Assembly: GCA_965207755.1 (NCBI GenBank)
Contig: OZ242297.1
Location: 83,384 to 147,383, forward strand
Direction of reading: 5' to 3'
Length of the DNA: 64,000 nucleotides
Source: Acidimicrobiales bacterium
GTDB lineage: Bacteria; Actinomycetota; Acidimicrobiia; Acidimicrobiales; Aldehydirespiratoraceae
Below the pieces are notes generated by a model that was not told the DNA's origin, made no database searches, and saw only the letters and a program-made list of their open reading frames with translations. The translations under genes were made by a program, and so were the position numbers. The first letter of the stretch is position 1; every line of letters begins with the position of its first letter. Below, piece after piece: positions 27,060 to 36,245 of the stretch.

Positions 27060-27644
27060 TCAGGTCTGGCGGTTGTCCCTCGGGTCCCGGCACGCGTCGT
27101 AGGTGGCCTTGTCTATGTGGGTCCACGTCGTTCCCGGTACGCCCCTGGCTGAAGTGCTGCCGGGCCCCACGGGGAACGCCGACTCGAACAGCAGGTAGCG
27201 CTTCTGTGATTGGGCGATGTTCTTGGCGAGCCTCACGGCGGGTCCGAAGTCCGCGTCCTCGCTCACGATGATGGCGGCGTCGTAGCGCCTCTCGTGGGTT
27301 GCCTGTATGAGGTCGAGAGCGAGGCTCACGTCCACGCCCTTCTCTTGGCCGGCCGAGTTCACCCGCCCCGTGTAGACGTGGACGCCCTGGTTGCGGAGGC
27401 GGCGGCACTTGTTGGTCCAGAAGTTGTGCCAGAACTGATTGACAGCTGGGGCCGGGACGCCGGTGCAGAAGCGGACTTCGCTGAGCGTGCGTTGAGACAG
27501 GCGGCCCACCAGGCTGGCGGCGAGCCGCTCCACGTCGTAGCTGGGCCACGAGTACGGGGACGACCCGGCCGGCGGCACCGGAGCCCATGCGATCCTGGCC
27601 AGGTGGTAGAGGTTCTGGCCGTCGATGAGGACTATCGTGCGCAT
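27060..27644 (-). CDS. NYN-domain (LabA/DUF88-like) protein, putative RNase
   Basis: ATG 27644 was chosen. MRTIVLIDGQNLYH ... QEKGVDVSLALDLI ... YDAAIIVSEDADFGPAV are the NYN acidic motifs. Confidence 0.75.
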   Translation of the reverse strand: MRTIVLIDGQNLYHLARIAWAPVPPAGSSPYSWPSYDVERLAASLVGRLSQRTLSEVRFCTGVPAPAVNQFWHNFWTNKCRRLRNQGVHVYTGRVNSAGQEKGVDVSLALDLIQATHERRYDAAIIVSEDADFGPAVRLAKNIAQSQKRYLLFESAFPVGPGSTSARGVPGTTWTHIDKATYDACRDPRDNRQT

Positions 27645-27963
27645 GACATGAAACACCCGCCCGGGGACGGCATCGAAGCGAGCCGTCCAGCGGGCGGGGA
27701 GTAGATGACCCTGAGCGTATTGCGCCGACGCTGGCACGTCAACGCCTGCTCCGGGGACTTCGTTGGGCTAGTGGTGTGTCGTGGGTGCGGGCCCGTCCGA
27801 GAACAGGCCGGCTGCGCCCAGGGGATCGACGGCAAGCTCTAGCGGTGGTTGCAAGTGAGGGCAGTGTAGGCGCTGTGGGGTGAGTGCCAGTCGTGGAGTT
27901 TGCGGGGCATCATATTGAGGTTGTCCTCGATGACGGCGAGGGTGGCCGGGCCAACTACGTCTG

Positions 27964-29158
27964 GTGCATGAACTCATCGAACTCCTTCGACGTGACGGAG
28001 CATTTGACCCTACGAGCATGCACAGCGCCGCCGAGGTCGCACGCGAGCAGCTTGCCGAATCGCTCGAGCCGTACGGGACAGCGCTGCTCGAGGACGGCAG
28101 AATCGAACGAGACCTCGGGGTGTTCGTCAACGCCTCGACACTCCCGGACGAGGGGGTCCGGCCCGAACCGGATAGACGGTGTTCCTTGCGACAGCCTTTC
28201 CGATGAGCTACGTTATGAACATGTGTTCGGATCAGTCAAGGCCTACGAGGCGGCGTGCAAGAGGCAGGCCGTGAGACTTGGCGAGGTGTTCGTATTCGAC
28301 AACGGCCGGCTGACGACGCCCCAGTGGATCATCAACTTCCCGACCAAGGGTCATTGGCGCGCCAGGTCCCGCATCCGCGACGTGGCCGAGGGCCTCGACG
28401 ATCTGCGCGACGTGATCGAGGAGCTGGGGATCTCTTCCATCGCGCTGCCGCCGCTGGGCTGCGGCCACGGCGGGCTGGACTGGGACGAGGTCAGGTCACT
28501 GGTCATGGAGCGCCTGGACGGCCTCGATGTCGTCGTTCACCTGTACGCCCCGGAGGGCGCCCCCGACGCTGCCGAAATGGTGGTGTCGGCCCCGCGCCCG
28601 AGGCTGACTGCGAGCACGGCGGCGCTGGTGTCGGTGATCGACCGGTACTCCCAGGTGGCGCTGTTCGTGTCGCTGATCGAGATCCACAAGCTCATGTATT
28701 TCCTGCAGGAGGCGGGCGAGGACCTCAAGTTGCGCTATCAGGCGAAGTTCTACGGCCCCTACGCCGACAACCTCCGCCATGTGCTCAAGTCGCTCGAGGG
28801 CCATCAACTCGGAGGCTTCGGCGACGGTTCGAAGAAAGTACGCGAAGCCGAGCCGATCGCCGTGCTTCCAGGCGGAGTCGAGGAGGCATCCGACGCTCTC
28901 GCAGAGAATCACCAAATAATCGAGCGCATCGAGCGAGTCCTTGAGCTGGTCGAGGGCTACGAGTCGGCCTACGGACTCGAACTGCTCGCCAGCGTTCACT
29001 GGATGGCCGCCCGCAACGGGAACAGCGATGACTTGAGCGGTGTGACCAAGCGAGTCCAGAGCTGGAGCCGGCGCAAGCGGCGTATGTTCACCGCGCAACA
29101 CATCGAGTCTGCCTGGCAGCGCCTCCATGACCATGGCTGGCTAGCAGCTGCGGCCTAG
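27964..29158 (+). pseudogene. darG: DarG-like macrodomain antitoxin; N-terminal part of the macrodomain frameshifted or degenerate; no DarT gene
   Basis: KAYEAACKRQAVRLGEVFVFDNGRLTTPQWIINFPTKGHWRARSRIRDVAEGLDDLRDVIEELGISSIALPPLGCGHGGLDWDEV closely resembles DarG macrodomains, and a C-terminal domain of about 250 aa follows. The first beta-strands (YGTALLEDG...VFVNAS) sit in a different frame (27964..28206) and lack the usual NxxN/GxMGxG residues. Confidence 0.7.
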
Positions 29159-29204
29159 CGCCCCGGGCCGCAGGTCGTCGGCGGCTCGTGTCGACACGAG
29201 CGCG

Positions 29205-29429
29205 TCACGCGACGAACGGTCCGTTGGTGTGATGATCGAGTTGTTGGTGGATGTACCTGCCCTTGGAGGTTGCTGGATCTGAGAACTCTTCCCAGACGTG
29301 GGCGGGGCATCCCTCGTAGCGCCACTCCACACCGTCACGAGTGAACCTGGCAAGGATTGCCTCTTCGTCCTCCAAGTAGGCGATGGCTTGTGTTCGAGTT
29401 GATTCCGGCGTCGGTATCCAACCAATCAT
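29205..29429 (-). CDS. KTSC-domain small protein
   Basis: IAYLEDEEAILARFTRDGVEWRYEGCPAHVWEEFSDPATSKGRYIHQQL fits the KTSC pattern (x-F-x-x-G-x-x-Y-x-Y ... S-x-G-x-Y). Confidence 0.55.
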   Translation of the reverse strand: MIGWIPTPESTRTQAIAYLEDEEAILARFTRDGVEWRYEGCPAHVWEEFSDPATSKGRYIHQQLDHHTNGPFVA

Positions 29430-29435
29430 GGCTCA

Positions 29436-30043
29436 CCGCCCCATATGCCGCCATGGTCGCCGGCAGGGACGCCCTCGGCTGCGAGATCAACCCGGTCGCC
29501 TGGGTGTACGCCGCTACCAAGACAGCCCCAGCGCCTGACCCGGAGGCGGTCAAGGACCGCATCCGCGCAATCGCCGAGTCCGCCTCGCCGGAGGACCGCG
29601 AGCCCAGATCGGAGTTCCAGGCCCTGGCGTTCTGTCGGACCGTGCTGGGGTTCCTGCACGCCGCTCGCCGCGGGCTGCGATGGCGGCACGACACCATCGA
29701 CGGCACAGTCGCCGCGTTGATCCTCCACTACCTGCACAGCAAGATCCCCCAGGGGCTGTCGAACCAGATGCGCCACTGCCGGGCCATGTCGCCGGGCTAC
29801 TGCGTGCGCTGGTGGAACGACAACGGCTACCAGACACCCCCCGAAGTCGACCCCGTCACTTTTCTGAACACCAGAGTCGACTGGCGCTACGCAAGGGAAT
29901 CCCCGAGAGTTCCCACAGCAGCGGCGTGACCGTCGCCCTCGGCGACTCGGCCACCGACTTGGAGCCAGCGGCCAAGCCGGCCCGGCTGGTAGTGACATCG
30001 CCCCCGTACAGCGCGGTGACCGACTACAGAGCCGACAGTTGGC
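29436..30043 (+). pseudogene. internal fragment (about 610 bp) of a second copy of the 14240..15436 methyltransferase, frameshifted
   Basis: It is near-identical at nucleotide level to 14419-15034 (scattered substitutions by eye). It lacks motif I upstream, retains TSPPY, has a frameshift near 29890, and homology ends abruptly at gacagttggc. Confidence 0.85.
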
Positions 30044-30137
30044 GAGCCCGTGACGGAGGCTTCGAGCCGCCACGCCTTCGATCCGACCCGCTTCCCGACG
30101 ACAGACGCCGTCACCGGCGGCAACTACTCTCGACGCT

Positions 30138-30722
30138 GTGGCCAGACCTACCGCCTTGACGGCGGTCACCGCCCCGGCTGCTTCTCCTGCTGAGGCCCTG
30201 GAGCCCTGCAAGAGGGCGATCCTGTCGGTGCTGCGCCTCTGGCCACGCGGCGCGGCTCAAGCCGCGGTCGCGCGCCGCGCCGGCCTCGACGCCGCAACTG
30301 CTGAGGCGGCGCTGCGGCGGCTCCTCGATGCCGGGCTCGTGGTGTCCAGCGAGGAGACCCCGCCGGTGCGGGGCCAACATGGGCGCATCGTGTTCTGGCG
30401 CCTCGCGGGCGCCTCGGCCACCGCGGCGCTCATGGCGGATGTGCCCCTGCCCGATCCCGCGCCGCGTCGAGGCCCCCGAGGCCCGGTGCCCGACGAGTTC
30501 TGGCACCACTTCTGTTCGGGATCGGACCCCGCCGATCTGCGCCTGCCCCGCGACGCCACGCTGGTGGGCTGCCGCCTCATCGAGTCGTTCGACTCCGAGG
30601 CCCGATCCTGGGTGCTGTCACACTTCACCGTCGAGCAGCTCGCCGCCTGCCACGACCGCTATCCCGACCCCAGCTCAGAAGCCCCTGAGTTGATCGCCGC
30701 GGCCGTCGAGGCTCTGAGTTGA
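30138..30722 (+). CDS. winged-helix transcriptional regulator, antitoxin-like (AbiEi-position partner)
   Basis: ILSVLRLWPRGAAQAAVARRAGLDAATAEAALRRLLDAGLVVSSEE is a MarR/wHTH-like N-terminus. The stop overlaps the start of the nucleotidyltransferase gene. Confidence 0.5.
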   Translation: MARPTALTAVTAPAASPAEALEPCKRAILSVLRLWPRGAAQAAVARRAGLDAATAEAALRRLLDAGLVVSSEETPPVRGQHGRIVFWRLAGASATAALMADVPLPDPAPRRGPRGPVPDEFWHHFCSGSDPADLRLPRDATLVGCRLIESFDSEARSWVLSHFTVEQLAACHDRYPDPSSEAPELIAAAVEALS

Positions 30723-31110
30723 CCGCCATCGGGGACTACAGCGACGTCCTCAACGACAACATGATCGCGGCGTGGCCCCGCGTCGGCGCCGCCCTCGAAG
30801 GCCTCGACTGCGCTCTGATGGGCGGCACCGCGGTGGCCATGGTGCTGCGGCACCGCCACAGCCACGACCTCGACTTCATGACCCTGCAACCCTTCGACTC
30901 GCGAGCGGTCGCAGCCAAGCTGCTGTCAGCGGCCGCCCGGGCCGCCTACAAGGACGACGACCGGCCCCACATCGCTACAGTCGCCTTCGACGGCGTGCCC
31001 GTCACCGTCATGAGAGACCTCCGAGGCTTCATCGAAGGCCACGCCGCCCAGCTCGCCGCGCCCAGCGTCGTCGACGGCATCGCGGTGGGGTCGGTCCCGG
31101 ACCCCACGCT
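30719..31110 (+). pseudogene. AbiEii/AbiGii-type nucleotidyltransferase toxin, truncated after about 130 aa
   Basis: CALMGGTAVAMVLRHRHSHDLDFM matches the AbiEii signature (GGTAL...R.S.DlDf). Beyond about 31110 the ORF is out-of-frame shadow of the next gene. Confidence 0.55.
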
Positions 31111-31146
31111 TGCATCTCGCCGGTGGCGGTCCGCAGGTACTCTTCG

Positions 31147-32511
31147 ATGGCCCTACGCCTCGCCGCTGGAGTTCTCGTCGTGGCCGAGCCGAACTTCCTC
31201 AACCGGACCCTCTGGATCGGCGACAACCTGCCCGTGCTGCGCGGCATCAACTCGGAGTGCGTCGATCTCGTCTGCCTCGACCCGCCCTTCAACTCCACGC
31301 GCCTCTACAACGCTCCGCACGGTTCCGACGCCGCGGGGGCGCGGTTCGACGACACCTGGACGATGGACGGCATGGAGGCCGAGTGGACGGAACTGCACGG
31401 CGCCGCCGACCCTGCCCTGTACCACACAGTCATCGGCGCGAGGCTGTCGGCGGGAGACGCCATGCATGCGTACATGGTGTTCATGGCATTGCGCCTCGTC
31501 GAGGTCTGGCGGGTGCTGAGCCCCACTGGTGGTCTGTACCTGCACTGCGATCCCCACGCCTCGCACTATCTCAAGCAGCTATGCGACTGCGTCTTCGGCC
31601 CGGACCGGTTCCGCAACGAGATCGTGTGGAAGCGCACCAGCACCAAGTCGCTCGGAACCCGACGCTACGCCCGCGACGGCGACCGGATCCTCTACTACAC
31701 CAAGTCGTCTACCGACTTCGTCTGGAATCAGCAGTACCGGCCCCATGATCCCGACCATGTCCGCAAGAACTACCGGCATGACGACAACGATGGGCTGGGA
31801 CCGTACGCTACCGAGCAGTTGACTGGCGGCAAGGCGGGCGGCTCGCTGGCGTATGAGCCGTTCAAGGGGGTGGAACCGCCGAAGGGGCGTGCCTGGTCGC
31901 CGCCTCGCCGCGGAAAGTTCCCGCCCGTCAAAGCAGCGAGACTGCCCGACGACTACGAGCATCTTGACGTCCTCGCCAAGTGTGAGGCGCTCGACGACGC
32001 TGACCTGCTGTATTGGACCGCAGCGGGAATCCCCCGATACAAGAGCCATCTGTCTGCCAAGCGGGGCAACCCTGCGAGCGACATCATCACGCATATCCCT
32101 CCGGTGGCGGGCACGGAGCGCACCGGCTGGCCGACCCAGAAGCCGCTCGCCCTCTACGAGCACTTCATCGCGGCGTCGTCCGATCCGGGCGACATGGTTC
32201 TCGACCCGTTCTGCGGTTGTGCCACCACGATGATCGCCGCCGAGCGGCTGGGACGCCAGTGGGCCGGCATCGACATCGACGAGGTCGCCATCGGGATCAC
32301 CCGGAAGCGGCTGCAGGAAGAGTCCGACGCCGCCGTCCACAACGTCGACCTGGACGGCTCCCGGGAGGGCTCGCCGTCGCTGCACCTGCCGCCGCGCCCA
32401 CCGATCCGCACCGACACGGCCGGCTCGCGCGCGGCCTCCTCCCCGCCCAGACCGGTCGGAGCCAGCCGGCCGCTGACCAGCGTTCCGAGCTCAGATGATG
32501 GCCGAGGGTGA
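31147..32511 (+). CDS. beta-class N6A/N4C DNA methyltransferase (Type III Mod-like layout), no cognate nuclease nearby
   Basis: VDLVCLDPPFNS (motif IV) comes first. After a variable region of about 300 aa come TQKPLALYEHFI and MVLDPFCGCATTMIAAERLGRQWAGIDID (motif I). The ATG at 31147 lies inside ORF 30772..32511. Confidence 0.8.
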   Translation: MALRLAAGVLVVAEPNFLNRTLWIGDNLPVLRGINSECVDLVCLDPPFNSTRLYNAPHGSDAAGARFDDTWTMDGMEAEWTELHGAADPALYHTVIGARLSAGDAMHAYMVFMALRLVEVWRVLSPTGGLYLHCDPHASHYLKQLCDCVFGPDRFRNEIVWKRTSTKSLGTRRYARDGDRILYYTKSSTDFVWNQQYRPHDPDHVRKNYRHDDNDGLGPYATEQLTGGKAGGSLAYEPFKGVEPPKGRAWSPPRRGKFPPVKAARLPDDYEHLDVLAKCEALDDADLLYWTAAGIPRYKSHLSAKRGNPASDIITHIPPVAGTERTGWPTQKPLALYEHFIAASSDPGDMVLDPFCGCATTMIAAERLGRQWAGIDIDEVAIGITRKRLQEESDAAVHNVDLDGSREGSPSLHLPPRPPIRTDTAGSRAASSPPRPVGASRPLTSVPSSDDGRG

Positions 32512-32516
32512 GACGC

Positions 32517-32830
32517 TCGTGCGCCACGCAGCCCAGGCCTGGCGAGCCGGTTTCGGCACCCGCCCCCGGCGGCGCCACCGTCGGGCACTCAGCCCAAGTC
32601 TGGCGAGCCGGTTTCGGCACTGGTGCGCGACGCAGCCCAGGCCTGGCGAGCCGGTTCGGCACTGGCACTCAGCCCCAGGCCTGGCGGGCCGGTTCGGCAC
32701 TGGCACTCAGCCCCAGGCCTGGCGGGCCGGTTTCGGCACTGGTGCGCGACGCAGCCTAGGCCTGGCGGGCCGGTTCGGCACTGGTGCGCGACGCAGCCCA
32801 GGTCTGGCGGGCCGGTTCGGCACTGGTGCG
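32517..32830. repeat. seven tandem 38-42-bp units with core cagcc(c)caggcctggcg(a/g)gccggt(t)tcggcac
   Basis: Read directly from the sequence. Two unit subtypes alternate (tggcactcagcc... and tggtgcgcgacgcagcc...). Each unit contains the 10-bp palindrome ccaggcctgg. The array lies between convergent gene ends. Confidence 0.9.
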
Positions 32831-32842
32831 TCGCCGGGGGTG

Positions 32843-34354
32843 TCACACGGCCAGGGCCGCTCCTCCGGAGCGGGGATCGCTGGCCAGTTCGGCGACGCTT
32901 CTCTCGCTGCGGCGCCCCGTGTCGCGGCCGCCGACGACCAGCTGCAGCCCGCCGCCGACGTTGGCGGTGCGGCGCACTTCGTAGCCGGCCAGCCGGGCGT
33001 CGTCACGCCAGGCGATGCCCGGCTCGGCGAAGGCGTACCACGGCTCGCCGATGCCGGCGGGCACGCCGAACCGGTCGCCGGCGGGGCACACGAACCAGCG
33101 GGACCCGGCCGCTATGTCGGCCGGGGCCGCGCCCCGCCGGAAGCGCTGGACGGCCTGGGCCAGCCACTGCACCTGCCGGTCTCCCCCCGGGGTGGCCACC
33201 GTCATCCAGCCGGGGTCGGGCCTCCGCCGCACATGGGCCGCGCTGAGCGTGTGGGGCAGCACCGCGCCGCCCCGGAGGTTGCACCCGGGCAGGTCCGCCC
33301 GGTCCGACAGGGCGGTGCCCACCCGGTTGCTGAAGGCCACTCCGGTGCCGCCGGCCACCCAGCCGGTGCCGAACTGCACTCCGGCCAGGCTGTGTACCAC
33401 GGTCGCCGACAGGCCGCCGGCGTCCAGCGCGGTGGCCACCGCCGTTCCCGCCGGGCGGGCCGGACCGCGCATGCAGAACTCCGTGAGTTGCTGCTCGGTG
33501 AGCGGGGCCACCGCCTCGGCGAAGTCCCGTGAGGCCGGGTCGGCGCCGGGCGGCGCGGCAGCCAGCAGTGCCGGCGTGACGGCGGCCTGGCTCGGGGCGC
33601 CGGTCACCCACAGCACTATGTCGTCGAGGTCGTGTCGAAGGGCCGGCTCGACGGTGGCCTCCACCGCGGCCAGGTCGTCGTGGCGCAGCGCGGCCCCCTC
33701 GGCCTCGGCCGCCTCCACCAGCCGGTCAGCCAACCTCCCAAGGTAGAAGGCGTCGGGCCCCTGCAAGGCGATCGTCTCGAGGGTGGCGGCCAGATCCGGC
33801 ATCCGGATGGTCGCCCCCGCCTTCGGGGCTCGCTCGCCTCCCAGCATCCGTCGCAGGGCGGCGGTGTGGCCCCGGCTCTCGACCCTCTCGTACACGTCGG
33901 CCATGCGCGCCGTCACGGTGTGACCGGCCGCGGCCGCCAGAGCCCCGGCGAAGAGGTTGGTCCAGTCGAGCCTTCCGCGGGCCCGCCACGCGGCCTCCGC
34001 GCCCCTGAGCGAGCCCGGCACCACCGCGTTGTGGGGACCGCTGGTCGCCGGCCTGCCCTCCTCACGAGCCGCGCTGTCACCGCCGGCCGCGGCCAGAGGA
34101 GCCCGCGACCACCCGCCGTAGAACTGCACCCGGCTGTCCGCTCCGTCGTCGCTGCCCGAGTCGGCGACCAGCGCCACCATCTCGCCGCCGGGACCGGACT
34201 GCGGGGCGTTCACCACCCACTGGGTGAACGCCGCGGCCAACGCCGCGTCCACCGCGGTGCCGCCGGCCTGCAACGCCTCGATACCGGCCTGGGTGGCGAG
34301 CCTGTGGCCGCTGGCCACTCCCGCGGACCCGGTCACCGAGCCGGCGATCTTCAT
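32843..34354 (-). CDS. ggt: gamma-glutamyltranspeptidase-family protein
   Basis: VASGHRLATQAGIEALQAGGTAVDAALAAAF (N-terminal GGT pattern), GTAVATALDAGGLSATVVHSL and the C-terminal PGGDRQVQ... fit a GGT-family protein. Confidence 0.7.
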   Translation of the reverse strand: MKIAGSVTGSAGVASGHRLATQAGIEALQAGGTAVDAALAAAFTQWVVNAPQSGPGGEMVALVADSGSDDGADSRVQFYGGWSRAPLAAAGGDSAAREEGRPATSGPHNAVVPGSLRGAEAAWRARGRLDWTNLFAGALAAAAGHTVTARMADVYERVESRGHTAALRRMLGGERAPKAGATIRMPDLAATLETIALQGPDAFYLGRLADRLVEAAEAEGAALRHDDLAAVEATVEPALRHDLDDIVLWVTGAPSQAAVTPALLAAAPPGADPASRDFAEAVAPLTEQQLTEFCMRGPARPAGTAVATALDAGGLSATVVHSLAGVQFGTGWVAGGTGVAFSNRVGTALSDRADLPGCNLRGGAVLPHTLSAAHVRRRPDPGWMTVATPGGDRQVQWLAQAVQRFRRGAAPADIAAGSRWFVCPAGDRFGVPAGIGEPWYAFAEPGIAWRDDARLAGYEVRRTANVGGGLQLVVGGRDTGRRSERSVAELASDPRSGGAALAV

Positions 34355-34627
34355 CCGGGTCCGGTCTCTGGGCGGCGTCCGGAGAATCTCGGGTGAGGGA
34401 CAATGTCTCTAACGCCTCGGGACACTAGTGGTGTGTCGCAGGTTTGGTTGCGTTACCCACTCGACCTCTGACCTTGCACGATGCAGAACGGAACTCCGCA
34501 GTTGAACTCACGACATACCACTAGGCGCTCAAGGCGGGTCTGCTCTCGTTCGGCCGTCGTCCGTTCCTTCTGGGTCCTGTCTGTCGAGTCCGGCGTGCCC
34601 CGAAGCGCCGCTCGGCTGCTGCGACGG

Positions 34628-34890
34628 TCAGGCCGCCATGCGCAGGAACCGGGCGGCGTTGCCCGAGAACAGCCTCACGCGTTTGGCGTCGTCTTCGATG
34701 CCCCAGGCCGGCGCCGCACCCGGCGAGTCGGGGAAGCGGCACTGGGCGTGGGGGAAGTCCGACTTGTACATGAGCATCCCGTCGCCAGGACGCTGTCGAC
34801 GCAGTCGTAGACCTCGCGGCCCTCGTAGAGCTCGATGCCGCAGTAGACATGACCGGCCCGGGCGCACTCCGACGGCAGCATCAATTCCGG
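34628..34890 (-). pseudogene. amidohydrolase-family C-terminal fragment, frameshifted
   Basis: HVYCGIELYEGREVYDCVDSVLATG (frame 34675..34884) continues as MLMYKSDFPHAQCRFPDSPGAAPAWGIEDDAKRVRLFSGNAARFLRMAA (frame 34628..35077). No N-terminal part is present. Confidence 0.5.
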
Positions 34891-34937
34891 CTGGCGAGTT
34901 CCCGACGTTCGCTCGGTGGGCGTGGCAGGCTGACCCG

Positions 34938-36050
34938 ATGCGAGTGGTCGTGATCGGCGCGGGGATCGCGGGCGCGTCGGCGGCCTGGCACCTGGCCGAC
35001 CACGCCTCGGTGGTGATCGTGGAGCGGGAGGCCCATCCCGGCGCCCACGCCACCGGCCGGTCCGCCGCCCTCCACACCGAGACGTCGGGCGCTCCGGTGG
35101 TGAGCGCGCTGGCCGCGGCCGGCCGCCCGTTCCTGGTCGATCCGCCCGAGGGGTTCGCCGACCATGCGCTGCTGTCGCCCAGGGGCCTGCTGTGGATCGC
35201 CCGGGCCGCCGAGCGGGACCGGTTGGAGGAGAAGGCGGCCGCCGCCGAGGCTCACGGTGTCGAGGTCCATCGCCTCGACTCCTCCCGATGCTGTGAACTG
35301 GTCGGCGTGCTGCGCCCCGAGGCCACCTGTGCGGGCGTGTTCGAGCCCGGAGCCATGAACATCGATGTGGACGGCCTGCTGCAGGGTTTCCTGCGTGGCG
35401 CTCGCCGCCGGGGCGCGGAGTTGCATGTGGACGCCGGGATCGGCGCGGTCACGGCCCGGGCCGGCGGCTGGCGGGTTACCGCCGGGGACCGGCACTGGGA
35501 CTGCGACGTCGTCGTCAACGCGGCCGGGGCGTGGTGCGATGCGGTCGCGGGGCTGGCCGGCGTGGCGCCGCTGGGGCTGCGGCCGCTGCGCCGCTCGGTG
35601 TTCGTGTTCCCTCCGCCGGAGGGGGTCTCCACCGCGGGCTGGCCCATGGTGTGGGACATCGGCGACCGCTTCTACTTCGAGCCCGAGGGGCCGCTGCTGC
35701 TGGCGTCGCCCGTCGACGAGACGCCCAGCGAGCCGTGCGACGCCCGTCCGGAGACGGAGGACATCGCGCTGGGAGTCGAGGAGCTCGAGGCGGCCACCAC
35801 GCTCCGGGTCCGGGGCGTGCGCCGCAGTTGGGCGGGCCTGCGCACCTTCGCTCCCGACCGGGTGCCGGTGGCCGGCTTCGACCCCGACCGCCCGGGGTTC
35901 TTCTGGCTCGCCGGACAGGGCGGCTACGGCATCAAGACCGCCCCGGCGCTGGGGCGCCTGGCCGCCGCGCTGATCACCGACGAATGCGAGCCGCCGCCCC
36001 TGTTGCCGGGGTCGGTGGACGCCCTGAGCCCGGCCCGGTTCCGAGCCTGA
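34938..36050 (+). CDS. FAD-dependent oxidoreductase (DAO family)
   Basis: ATG 34938 gives MRVVVIGAGIAGASAAWHLA (dinucleotide-binding GxGxxG). The C-terminal WLAGQGGYGIKTAPALG is typical. Confidence 0.8.
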   Translation: MRVVVIGAGIAGASAAWHLADHASVVIVEREAHPGAHATGRSAALHTETSGAPVVSALAAAGRPFLVDPPEGFADHALLSPRGLLWIARAAERDRLEEKAAAAEAHGVEVHRLDSSRCCELVGVLRPEATCAGVFEPGAMNIDVDGLLQGFLRGARRRGAELHVDAGIGAVTARAGGWRVTAGDRHWDCDVVVNAAGAWCDAVAGLAGVAPLGLRPLRRSVFVFPPPEGVSTAGWPMVWDIGDRFYFEPEGPLLLASPVDETPSEPCDARPETEDIALGVEELEAATTLRVRGVRRSWAGLRTFAPDRVPVAGFDPDRPGFFWLAGQGGYGIKTAPALGRLAAALITDECEPPPLLPGSVDALSPARFRA

Positions 36051-36053
36051 CAT

Positions 36054-36166
36054 CCCGGGCGGGCCGCGGTTCGGGGCCGGTCGGGTAGGCACCGCGCCCG
36101 GGCGGGCCGCGGTTCGGGGGCCGGTCGGGTAGGCACCGCGGTTCGGGGGCCGGTCGGGTAGGCACA
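36054..36166. repeat. GC-rich tandem repeat (units of about 43 and 29 bp) gcggttcgggg(g)ccggtcgggtaggcac
   Basis: Read directly; three copies of the core lie downstream of the oxidoreductase stop. Confidence 0.85.
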
Positions 36167-36245
36167 CGAGGCTGGTCCGTTCGGACGAGTCCGTGGCCCG
36201 GACGGACGTGAGCAGCACTTCGTCGAACTGAGTCGGGTCCGGTTC

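Noticed and set aside
27645-27963. Searching for a DarT (DUF4433) toxin gene upstream of the DarG-like gene
   Set aside because: The space is only about 320 bp. None of the six frames gives a DarT-like sequence. Minus-strand fragments look like transposase debris instead.
27884-28200. Using GTG 27884 or ATG 27968 as the DarG start to give an intact 424-aa protein
   Set aside because: The resulting N-terminal 100 residues are Ser/Arg/Thr-rich shadow. The protein-like reading, which includes the first macrodomain strands, lies in a different frame (27964..28206), so a frameshift is the better explanation.
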